Shown here in pieces: positions 22,683-34,300 of a stretch of 64,000 nucleotides of DNA (its first letter is position 1; the number at the start of each line of letters is the position of its first letter). This DNA is from Phoronis australis (lineage: Eukaryota; Animalia; Phoronida). The stretch covers positions 656,624 to 720,623 of the forward strand of contig NMRA01000109.1 of the NCBI GenBank assembly GCA_002633005.1. Reading direction: 5' to 3'. The notes beneath the pieces are model-generated. The model worked only from the letters and a program-made list of their open reading frames with translations. It searched no databases and was not told the origin of the DNA. The position numbers were made by a program, and so were the translations under genes.

Positions 22683-23012
22683 AATTGAGTAACAAAGTTG
22701 TAGTTACTGCTTGGGGAGGCGGACTTAAACCAGTTTCTCTTTAAGATGGAGACTGAGCGGGAGGGTGTTCTAACTCGTTACCGATGGCAAAAATCCGAAT
22801 GTGGTGTAAACAGATGTAGCTTGTGATAAGTATGCAAGCAACATGTGACAAAGCCAAATAGCCACTTCCGCCGTCGGTGCCCGCACAGATTTTCTCGCAA
22901 ACACCATTCTTCTTTCAGGAGATGAAGCACCTTTATCATTAACCTAACGAACTGAATTATTTTCTCATGTGCCCCTTTCCTTGGTTTCTTTAATTACATA
23001 ATTTCAGGTTAA

Positions 23013-23431
23013 AGATGCAGTCTCATAAATTTGTGAATATGCAAATGAAGTACTAATTTACCAACAACCCGGGGTCCTCCAGTGTGCCAGAAACCATTCG
23101 AGAATCAGTTACCATTACAATTTCGCGAAAGTTGCTTTGCAAGAATATTGTTATGTATATGAATATGGAAATATACCATCTTTACCCTTATAAAACAATG
23201 CAGTTTTTATTATTTGTTTATTTCACTAGCAAATAACGATTGCGTAATATTTGGAATTACTAGGGTTTTCCATATCTTCACACTTGTATTTTTAAAGTGT
23301 ATCAGTTACGGCGTTTTCTTTAAAACCACAATTTACGTTCCTGATTATACTTGTACACACAGTTCTCTAGGAAGTAGGTAGATGGCGTTTGCTACAAATT
23401 CAATTCACGGCTTTAACGAGACTTCGCATCT
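23013..23431. mobile_element. TTAA-flanked MITE (Kolobok-like termini)
   Basis: TTAA-AGATGCAGTCTCATAAA ... TTTAACGAGACTTCGCATCT-TTAA imperfect TIR. Confidence 0.55.
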
Positions 23432-25300
23432 TTAACCCCTTGCTGGTTCCCTGAGTGCCGCTAGGTTGTAGCCAGCTGGCTAGGCACTCACGTAAGGAAC
23501 CAGCGAGCTTTAACCCCTGCATTCAAGGTACTTTATTCATGAACTCTGTATTAACACTGTAATTACAAACCCAGTGTCGCATTTGAGGTGTAATAAAGAA
23601 CAACTACATTTTCTTAATTAATATTTGCCATTAAAAGCGCACATATAGGAGATCTCTAAGACGAGAACATGTGTGTTGGATGTCATATTTCATAAAATCA
23701 ATGACCACACATTTCCGAGCGACTGCCGCTGCAGCTATGGAGTAACTTAAGAAAACGTTTATGTTCAAATATGTTATAACTGAACTTTTATTTTTAAGAG
23801 CACAGCCCAGTCGGGGAAGATTCGATCTTATTGGAGATTAGAGCAATTATAGAACAAAAGAGAACTGGCCCTCCAACCATAAATGCCAGAATGGAGTTAA
23901 TCAGTCGTGTACGATATTAGGCAATGACTATCGCCTCTGTTGGCCCGAACCTGGTTTGGGCCAACAGAGGCGATGGTCATTGCCTAGTACGATATTGGCT
24001 ACAGGGGTAAACTTCCCAACTTGTGTTGGGCTATGGAATCGAACAAGTTGGGAGCAACGGGAAGACGCTGTAATGTCGGAAAGCGTAATATGTCCTATTC
24101 CAAGGAGATCCATAGCTCATTGTGCTATACCCTCGCACGCCGTTCCCAACTCTTGCGCTACGACTTTCCGCTCAATCACCAAGTCTTCACTTACCCGCGG
24201 ACCGCTTCTCGGACTGCATAAAATTCTCTCCTGCCCGCTCAATCCCGCACCGGACCGTTTTCACCGCTCACGAACATATTATTTCTTTTGCTTAAATATG
24301 CACATAGATCCCAGACCTACTTCCGCACATTTTTGCTTATTGAACAACATCGCATGCTGTGAAGCTTAAAGGGATCCCCTTTGAAGAATTGGACAGTCTA
24401 GTTACTTAAACTAAATTGATATATGAATTGAAATTCGTTGTTTTGATGGAATAATGCTGAACGCCGTGTAAAAATGTTTCAAATTTATAAAGAAAACGAG
24501 CTGTTGGCTACACTAACTTTTTTATTTTACTCCGCTCACAGCAAAACCCACCTCAAATTTCGGTTAGCATCCTTTTTGAGAACAACTTAAAACTAACTTA
24601 ATTATAGCACCAACTCGAATTCAAAAGGCGGTGTAAAAGCGAGAACTGTATCGCAGTTTATAGTCTTAATTGAGTCTCAACGAGCATAACGTTCCGCCTG
24701 TGTAAACTTTTCAACCAAGTTTTGTTCGTTACATAAAAATTTGAATGTAATTTGGCGCAGTCCCTCCTCCCTTGGTTGACACCCCCTTGGCGCCCCCTCC
24801 CCTGGGCCGGTCGCTGCCAGTGTAATCAGCCCCTCCCTCCAGTTAACAGTCGCCACCTTTCCACCGGCAATTCTCTAATTTCTAGATGACTCAGATCGTC
24901 ACTTCTTGGTGGTTTTATTCTTCGATAGCCCTCCACCCGCGTATCGAATATTGTTGAAAGGTCTTCTATTGCAGGTATCATGTCCGCTTATCCCAAGTAG
25001 TCACGGACGTGGGGTCATTCTTCACTTTCAAGTTTTGACCTCGGAGTATTTTTTCACGAAGTCATGCTGCACTGGCCGCACTCGACCGTAAGTTAGATAT
25101 GACGTAATTAGCGAGCGAAACGACAAAACGCCTTTAAACTTCCCTGTGGTTTAGACGAATACAACCCCCGTCCCAAGCCTCCTCCCCCCACACACACACC
25201 GGGTCAACTTACGCAATTGCAAATTTTGTAGTTATCTGTCTATATAGAGAAACATCTAATTTTGCAGTTAACTTTCTCGGAATAAAAATACATTAGGAAA

Positions 25301-25509
25301 CCGACCAAAATTTGCAGTTATGTCACTTACTTAACTGCGAAAAGGTGCACACACTCGAAGGATACCGACCCAAATGACGCCGTTATGTCAATTACCTAAC
25401 TGCGAATTGGCACACATACCCTTAAGTATACCCACCCAAACTTCGCAGATATGTCAATTACTTAACTACGAAATGGCGCACACGCACTTTAAGGATGCTG
25501 ACCCAAACC
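25301..25509. repeat. ~65-bp tandem repeat x3 with internal GCAGTTA/TAACTGC dyad
   Basis: Units begin CCGACC(C)AAA and contain TATGTCA(A/C)TTAC(T/C)TAACT. Confidence 0.75.
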
Positions 25510-26686
25510 AATAACTTTTCAAATGTTGTTGATTTCACCGAAAAGGTTAGTGTGAACTGGTGGCCCTCTGACCCAGTAGAGCTGGGGAATGTATATTTCG
25601 ACACTTCATTTTATTGTACTGCCGACAAGGTTTGAAATGAGCACCTTATATCAGACTATTACCAAATCCAATAAACAAACTCAATCAAATTTGCCGTTGC
25701 GCACGCGAATTTACTCGACCAGGAGACTGCTCACCAACAGTGAAATACGACTTTTAGTGTGAAACACGACTTCTACGGTTGTATACGGATTGGCTCTTCT
25801 TTCTCGTATTTCACAGTTAATAACCTGACGTACACATAATGGGATAATGGAGAATACAGGGCCCTTTCTTGTTTTATTTTATTTTCATTTTACCTCTCTG
25901 GAACAGATCGACCTGTTACATTCATAACAAGACTGATTTTATACACTTCCTGGTTTCATCATAAATACTCTCATGAATTTCTACATGGTCAACCTCACAC
26001 TAAACAATCACTGATTTACCAAGTATATACATACAGACTTGATCTGTAAAGTGACAAGCGATTTACATTAAATGCTATTCAAAAAGATGTTATACAAAAA
26101 TAATTACCCACGTCTAATCTATCTATAAAATCATTAGATGTATCAACACAAATATCAAACAAAATGAGAAGATATGCAATTTCTGTATAACTTATTATAA
26201 CATATCACCTTGTCATGGTTAAATTAATAAGTGATAACATGGTTCACCATCGGACACACGCAGTGTGTTGTGTTCTATTCTCATCACCTTATGTTACCTA
26301 GATAATTCATTTTTCTCATCCCCATAAGTGGTGTAAAATTAAGTGCTGAACGTGGCTTTTAGGTATGGGTCCTTGAGGTGTACCAGGTATTTCAAAACCA
26401 GGGGTCTGTTTCATCAAAGTGACTTAAGACTTGAGACAGAAATTTGGTCTTACATTCCACCAAATTATTTCTAAAAAATAATTGAAACTTACCTTAGAAA
26501 AAAACTCAATTATCTGAAAATATACCCACAACTGTTACTTGCTGAGAGTTAAGTTATTTCCAGGCAGTCATGTGTTCATAATTGTATGACTAAACCTTTA
26601 TTTTACAACTGTGAAATGGGGGCACAAGACCAATTCTGTCTTAAGTAATATGAATAGGTAAGGGGCTAGGAAATATAGACCACAAA

Positions 26687-26843
26687 CATTTTAAAATCCA
26701 GCCAGCATGCCATCTATTGGCCACATCACGTTTAACAGAAGATCCCGGGTTCAAGGCCCGGTAGGGGCAGCAGTTTTTAAGACTTCTATTGATTAGGTCA
26801 CATGATGTGGCCAATAGGTGGCATGCAGACCAGATTTGAAATG
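26687..26843. mobile_element. Small foldback/MITE-like element
   Basis: Arms 26705-26731 and 26800-26826 are 25/27 complementary. Confidence 0.6.
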
Positions 26844-27614
26844 CTTGCAAAGTTTTAAGTCACTTATCAGGAAAGCTACCCTAAGATCTAACTCTGATTT
26901 CTATGCAATCCAAAATTAATGTCTTAAAGAACCAGCCCCATTGGATAGTAACAACTATTTAGACAGTAAAATGTCATGACACAAAGTAGCACACAAAAGA
27001 ATTTTCTCATTTTTTCCAAAAAGATAAGAAGCACCTCATTAATGCTAACATCACTCTCAAGTTCTGTAACCTAGCTACCATAGTATTGTTATCCTGATCA
27101 CATTCATGACAATTTTAGAAGCCCTTGAGAATGAGAAATAGCATCAATTATAGTCAGAAATTGCAGGAATGCTAAAATATTTCATTACCTTTTGGAACAA
27201 CAGCATGTGAAAACAAGATCATTTTATTGCTGCTTACAATTCACCATTTGCAAGTCTTGCACTTAAGTCTGACGAACTATCACAAAAATTGTGGTTAACC
27301 TGGATACATCGTCAGACAAAGGACTTGTCCATCACCAATTACTTACAACCAAATATACCTAGCAATATAGCACATAATTAACTCTATCATTCAAAGACTA
27401 GACTATCCAGCCATTTAGTTTCTGTTGCATCAAATGACAAACCGACATTTGAAACCTACTGAGTACAGTCTACACTAACACTGGGTCAGTGTCACTTGTC
27501 TAAGCTCAGAAATCACTTCTAGTACTCGCAAAATACATGTTCAGAGCAACTTTGCAGCAGTAAGTGGTCAAGATTTCTAGACAATGAAAATTGGTGAAGG
27601 AGAGTGCTCAGCAG

Positions 27615-27980
27615 TTGTAAGACCTGTGATGATACTGGACAACATAGGTCAATTGTAAGGCCTGTGATGACACTGGACAACATAGGTCAATTGTAAGGCC
27701 TGTGATGACACTGCACAACATAGGTCAATTGACAAATCGCAAGCTCTGCCCCCTTGCGTAATGTTGACTAACAAACAATAAGTTTTACTCGGCAATGGGT
27801 TGTTTTTCGGGTAAAATGGCGGCTTGCAAACGAAGGTGTGTCAAGAATGATGAGTTCTAAATGGTCAGTTAAGCCGTTACTCAAAGTCCTGGCGATAGGT
27901 CGATTGTAAGGCTTGTGATGAGACTGGACAACATAGGTCAATTGTAAGGCCTGTGATGACACTGGACAACATAGGTCAAT
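27615..27980. repeat. 38-bp minisatellite (3+2 units) split by a 163-bp insert
   Basis: Unit TTGTAAGGCCTGTGATGACACTGGACAACATAGGTCAA. Confidence 0.9.
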
Positions 27981-28133
27981 GGTTCCACTAAAGGCAGTAT
28001 GACAGATCCTTTAGTGACTGGTCATAAACAAAATAGTACTATCATATCTAGCTTGGCACATAGTGATTCGATGAAAACATAATCACACATTCCTAGCACA
28101 CTGCTAGAGCCGCCACCTTGAATTCAAATTTCA

Positions 28134-28307
28134 TTATGTGCAGACATCCACATTGGCCTTGCAGTCTCCTCCAGGTGGCGCTAGGAATAGTCGCCCACTC
28201 GGTCCGCAGATACATAACTGGTAGACCCCTGGGTAAAGTTGACCTCCAGCCTTTGGAATACTTACGGGGAGGTTTTTCATCATTATGCTGGACGAATTCA
28301 GTTTGAT
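28134..28307 (-). CDS. SGCD: Sarcoglycan last coding exon (Cys cluster)
   Basis: ctttag|ATC; [14 protein letters not shown]...[30 protein letters not shown]. Confidence 0.92.
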   Translation of the reverse strand: MKLNSSSIMMKNLPVSIPKAGGQLYPGVYQLCICGPSGRLFLAPPGGDCKANVDVCT

Positions 28308-31300
28308 CTAAAGCACAAAAAAGCTTTAAATAAAACAATTGTCACAAGTGACTCATAAACTGCAACACATATTTGAAAAAAGGTAGATACTGCAAATTCA
28401 ATATATTTAGCTATTTAATCAATAAAATGTCCCAAATAACCATGACTTGGAAGAGACCATTCAGTTTGATTAAGATGTCAAACCAAAGCGAAATTGGTTA
28501 AGAGACAGAAACTAATCAGCCTCTGTGACCACAAATTTTCACCACCAATGATAATTGTACATCACCCGGAAACACCTAAACTTAAACACCCAAGGGAAAT
28601 CTTATTAAAAACAAAAACAAGCACAAACTAAGAAAATTCTGTTAGAAAATGAACTCACATTACATTTCTGTCCTCCCNNNNNNNNNNNCCCCCCCCCCCC
28701 CGAGTCCAGTTTATTAAAACCTGTTGTCAAAGTCAATTTCACAATATTCAAGACATTTAAAAATATTTCCTAATCAAAAACTAAAATGAACAAAAGAGGG
28801 CGCCATAGTTTAGGCAACATGCATCCATCAGCCTTCTCTACATCATCCTGAAACGCTGCTGGCAACAAATATCTTGTGAAAAATAAAAAAATCGAATTTG
28901 CCAAAAAAGTTAACTCGTGCTGGTGCAGCTCAGGATATATCTCTGCGCCAAAAGTTTCAACAATGTTTAACAATCGCAACTCTATATATAATCCAGAAAT
29001 GCTTTTAGCAAGGAATATCAATTCAACAACTAAAAATGACCACACACGAGGTGCTTAGACAATCAAATCTGTCCAAAAATTGACCGACATCCCAATGAAA
29101 TAACTTTGCTCTTGGACGATCTAGTTGAAAACTGTTATGGCCACTAGGTGGTGCTCAGTCAAAACTGTCAGAAATTTGTTTTAAGCCACATACTGTGTCG
29201 AGTTTTGCTAAAACCATTTGATCAAAAATTTTAAAGGACACCCTAAAGTTGATAAGTGCCATGCCATAAACAATAGTGTTAAGTTTGACCAACACACGTC
29301 AATTTCTTCTTTTGTTAACAAAAATGTTTTTGAAAAAGAATATCTTAGCAAAATTCCAATTAGGAGAGCTGAGATAGTCAAATCCATCTGTAAATCAAAC
29401 GGTGCCGGCACAACCCCCTCAACATATTTCTGTTTCAAGTTTCATAAAGATCAATCAATCGCTTATCCAGATATCATCGCTCAACGTTTTTGGCAAGGAA
29501 TACACTGTCCACAATAGGGGGTGCTGAGGTAGTCGAATCTGCCAAATTAACCAGGATATATCAACTGCATAAAGTTTTGTGCTGGAAATGCTTTTGGCAA
29601 ACAATATCTTGTTGTAAATTAAACTAGCCACTACGCGGTGCTCGGGTTATCAAAGCCATTTGCAAATTGACTGGTGCCGTCACATTCCATTTATTAAATG
29701 CTGTTGTTAGAGTCGTTTTGACAATAATGAACGGAAATGGCCACGAGGGAGTGTTGATGCAGTCGCATCTGTCAGTAAATTGACTGCCGCCAGCACATTG
29801 GCACCACATACCAAGTGTCAACTTTCATAGAAATTCGTCAATAGGTTCTTAAATCATCAAATAGAAATACTCTTCCTCCAGTGATTCTGAATAAGCCCCG
29901 ATCCCTGGCACAAAGGCAGGTTGAAAAGTGCCATACACCGCACCAGTGATGACCTATGCGTTAGTGCCAAATTTCTTCAAAATCTGACCAATGTTTTTGA
30001 GATATCAAGTGGAAACCAGCTGCCCAGACGATATGCACACACGCACACACTTGTGGGTGCATAAAGTGGTCAATTTCTGGTGTCGTGTTCATTGGGTTCT
30101 ACTGTACTGAGAAGAACAAGTTAATGTGGTTTGACTAAACTAAGTGTGACCAGAATTATGAGGACCTTCCAGGCCACACAATTATTTTGCAATGATTCCC
30201 AGAACTACCAACACAGTAAAATCTCACCAGTGTCAGACAAATGTAATTGTCAATTTTGTATTTTTTCATTTTCAAAGGAATTCAACACTGTTGCAAATGC
30301 TCATAAATTTTCAAAATATTGTTTGTTGGTAGCTATGGCACAAAACTTGAATATAACAATACATACCATTTGTAAAAAAGAGACAATGGAATTCCACTTG
30401 TCCGCTATATTTTGTCCTAAATTGGTGAGATTTTACCGTAGTGTTGACCAACAAAAAGTCACCTACAGCATCACTACGTGCTTGCAGCAACACCTTCAGA
30501 CCAGAGAGCTCAATGGCACCAACTGGTGAAGAAACTTGTACATTTTGGCCTGCATTGATGCGAACAGAGCGAGTTGATGACTTCAATCTGCAAGAAAAGA
30601 CCATGCCCATTAATGCACTCTATATTTAATTTTCACACGGTTAGTTGGCCATACTCCATTAGACTCTAGGAAGCCTAGAAAATCACTTCCGTGGCTACTT
30701 TTTAGGGCAAGAAAATTTTTGGTTTTTAAGGTTATCAAGTACTATACTTTAAGAATCTAAAAAGTTCCCAAGGTTTGACTAGCACGTTTTCAAGAAATTT
30801 GACCTAAAAATCTGAATTCTTTGCAAAATTTGGCCAGTTAACCAATCTTCAAAAACCAACAACACTAGACCCAAACTGAATGATAATTTGATTGGGTTTT
30901 GTTCATTTGAAGTTACTGGACAAGAAAAGTGATAAATATTATGACATTAGGTGGAAAATTGCTCAAAAAAGACAAATAGAAAATTTTAACAGCGCTTCCT
31001 GTTGACCAGAAAACACTACTATGTTCTGAACTACCAGAACAATACTAGTGTTAACCATTTGGAACTTGATAAAGATTTGATATCACAACGTACATATGAA
31101 CAGTTCCAACGTTTCTGCAATAATTCACTGCCATCACTTTCATTAATTGTCACAATTAATTATCTTAATCCACATTGCACTTCATAGTCAACTGTCACAG
31201 GGAACCATACACCATTCAGTACTGACGTCCACAAGCATGATAAAATGCAAATATTTTCCATTAGGCTACATAGCACACATTTTTTATGTTTATTCATCCA

Positions 31301-34300
31301 CTCCATTTTTGTTTCTTGAGACACCGTGTTCACAATCGTCATTTTGACAATAGTTTTTGTGTGAAATTGAAAAGCGTCTTTTTTACCGTAGACCCAAATT
31401 TCTTTTGAGGCTTCCTGTTTTAGATAGCACACAATTGGAAGAGTAAAAATTTTACTACACTTAAAATTATCCAATTCAAGAATCTCCAAATGTGAGACAC
31501 TGAAATCTGAGCAACATTTGAATTTTCAAGATAATGCATTAAGAACACAGGCAATATTTGCATTTTTATATTTCTCAAATTCCAAACACATCTCATGTTT
31601 TTACAACAAAAGGGTCAGAACAAAGGCTTGGAAGTTCATAAAGAGCAGAGCTGATCACTCACATGCAGGTAAAAACTACAGCCAGTATCTTTGAGACTGG
31701 GACAGCTTATGATGTAAATTTATCAAGCAAAATAATTCTTTTTTCTCTGTAATAAACTAATGATTTTTTACCATGAATGATGGTTTTTCGAATTAAGAAT
31801 AGGTAAGCCTATTTACAAACGAATGTTTGGAAATGGGATAGCTTTTCAAGTTTTCTTTTGTTTGTGGAGTTCTCTGTTATGGAATTCAATTTGAGTCAAA
31901 CGTGGAATATTGGAATGAAAATTATACGTTTTTGACACGTTCTTGACACACCAGGTTTTACACATTTGACACGCTTTTAGGGCGTTCCAATACTACATGT
32001 TTTTAGAGCGTGTCAAACGTGTCAAATTCTCACCTGGGAAGTTAGCCAAGCCAACAGGATAACATCAGTTGGCTGTCCTCTGATGAATGCTTTCATGAAG
32101 CAGACAACTTGGGAATGGGGAAGATACGGACACAATATTTTCCTGGCATTTGATTGGCTGTTCTGATCATTTTGCACTGACACCCGGTGGCTAACATATT
32201 AGTTTAGGCTAATTTTTTCAACTTTTAAATTCAAATTATTACTAAACATGCAAATGTATTCTAGAGAGCTTTTTTGAAATTGACTTTTGATCATCTGTGG
32301 ATGGGTTTAATGCAAAGTTCCCGTTGCCCCCCAAAAGTAGCCATGGCGGTGAAAGATAGGAAAGCTGGGACTATGGCCTATAGTTTCGTCATGTGAGAAA
32401 CATACCTAAAATTAGAACACTTCGTAAATAACAGTCCTGCATAAATTTTCATTTTTAATTGACAGTTCATACAAAGAGAAGTTCATTGCTGCACACTGGC
32501 AGCAACCACTTTGTTGGTGCACTGCCAGAAATTCAAAAAAATAGTTTTCAAAAGATACATATTTAAGTCTCAGTCTGGATTTGAAAAACATTTTATTGCA
32601 GTATGTGTTGAAAGAGCATCATTTGCTGATTAGCATATTACATTGGTTTGACTTCAGATTCCCACTCTATGAATTTTTTATTCGAAAGAAGCGGAATTAT
32701 CACATGACTACAATTACGGCCTATTTGACAGAACACAGAGCCACCCTTTACCGAACAGAGGCACTTAAGGAAACTTTCACAAAAGTTACATTAACATCAG
32801 AGAGAGTGTAGCACGACTGCCGGCAACAATGACAATCAGAGTGAAACCAATAATAATCATATATGATAACTGCCACGGTTATGTTGCCATTTGTGTATAT
32901 CAATACCATTCACTAAGTTCTATAGTCAAATATCAGTCTACTGATCCATTCACCCATTCAATCAAAACACAGCATTGAAAACTCTGAACAATCTTATTTT
33001 ACATACACCAAGAACATCCTGTCCTTTCACTTCAGTTGGCATAGTGTTATCACGTGAAACACATACCCCAACAAGACAGCCTGACATTGTCATAACCAAA
33101 CTTGTCAAGTTGGTCATACAGTTTTTGCAGCTGCCCATATACTCTAAATGTACATATAATCCAGGAAAAAACGTAAGTGCACACCATGAGTTTACCAGAT
33201 AGCCCTCTTTCTAAGAATGTTGTAACACTTGAAGATGGACAGAAAATGACCGACTGTAACACTGAAACGCCGTGCCGGTGCAAATAGGTTAGTGATTGGG
33301 GTAAGTAGATCAAGACATTTTAGTCACGATGTTGAGTCAGGTTGATTATATTTGTGAATAGCACAGAGCTGTGACTTACATGAGGTCTTCTCGTACACGA
33401 GATACCACCCTAGGTGTCTGCACTGAACCATCAAACACTGCACCTCCTTTACCTGCAAAGGGAAATAACTGCACACTGTAGATTACCTAATTTTTTAGTT
33501 ACTTAATATATGTTATGCCCAATGTTACATTATAGTAAGCAAAATGAGCCAATGGCCCGTGTTCACTGTTTTTAAAACTGACTGGACTTATGAATGACAT
33601 CATCTGCAATTGTAAAATCTTATACTGATGCTTAATATTTTAACGTAGCCCCTTGCTAACAGAGAGTAATGTGACAGGGGAGATAACTGTCTGCCCTGAA
33701 AAGTGTGTACCGTACTATATACTCTTAGAAGAACTGCACTCAAATCATCAGTAATGATTCAGGAAGCTTCCTGTATTATATGGTCACTTATATATTAGTC
33801 TCCCAAGAGGCCTTTTTACATAATGCATATCACACAGTCATACAATCAGGTAAACACAGACTACAAAACAAGTTAGAATGGCTGGTTATTTAGGCAACTT
33901 GAGAGAAATTTTCAAATTAATAACCTGGGTACTAAATTCAAATAAATTGTAGCGTAAATATTAATCTTTAATGATAAACTCAAATATATTTTTAAATTTT
34001 CTTAGAATGCAGTTTGTAATAATGCTCCTGATGACGTATGCCTGCAAGACCCTAGACATGAAATAAAACAATGTTTTGTAACTAAGGTCGTTATTAACCA
34101 AACACATGCACAAAGGTTACATTGACATCAGTGATGATATGCTGGCAGTTTCATTTCAAACATACTTCCTTGAAGTGGTATTATCAACAAGAAAAGTGGT
34201 ACTCGGAAATCTGCCCCAGCATAAATTCAAACTGTGAATATTCGCGTTGGCTGCCAAATGCTCCGCTGATGAGAGAAATAGTAGTTGATACATACACGAA

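Noticed and set aside
23928-24369. 137-aa ORF between the genes
   Set aside because: No domain or splice structure; CpG-rich, probably transposon-derived.
27615-27980. CRISPR-like repeat/spacer pattern
   Set aside because: Units are contiguous with only one insert, no cas genes, eukaryotic context.
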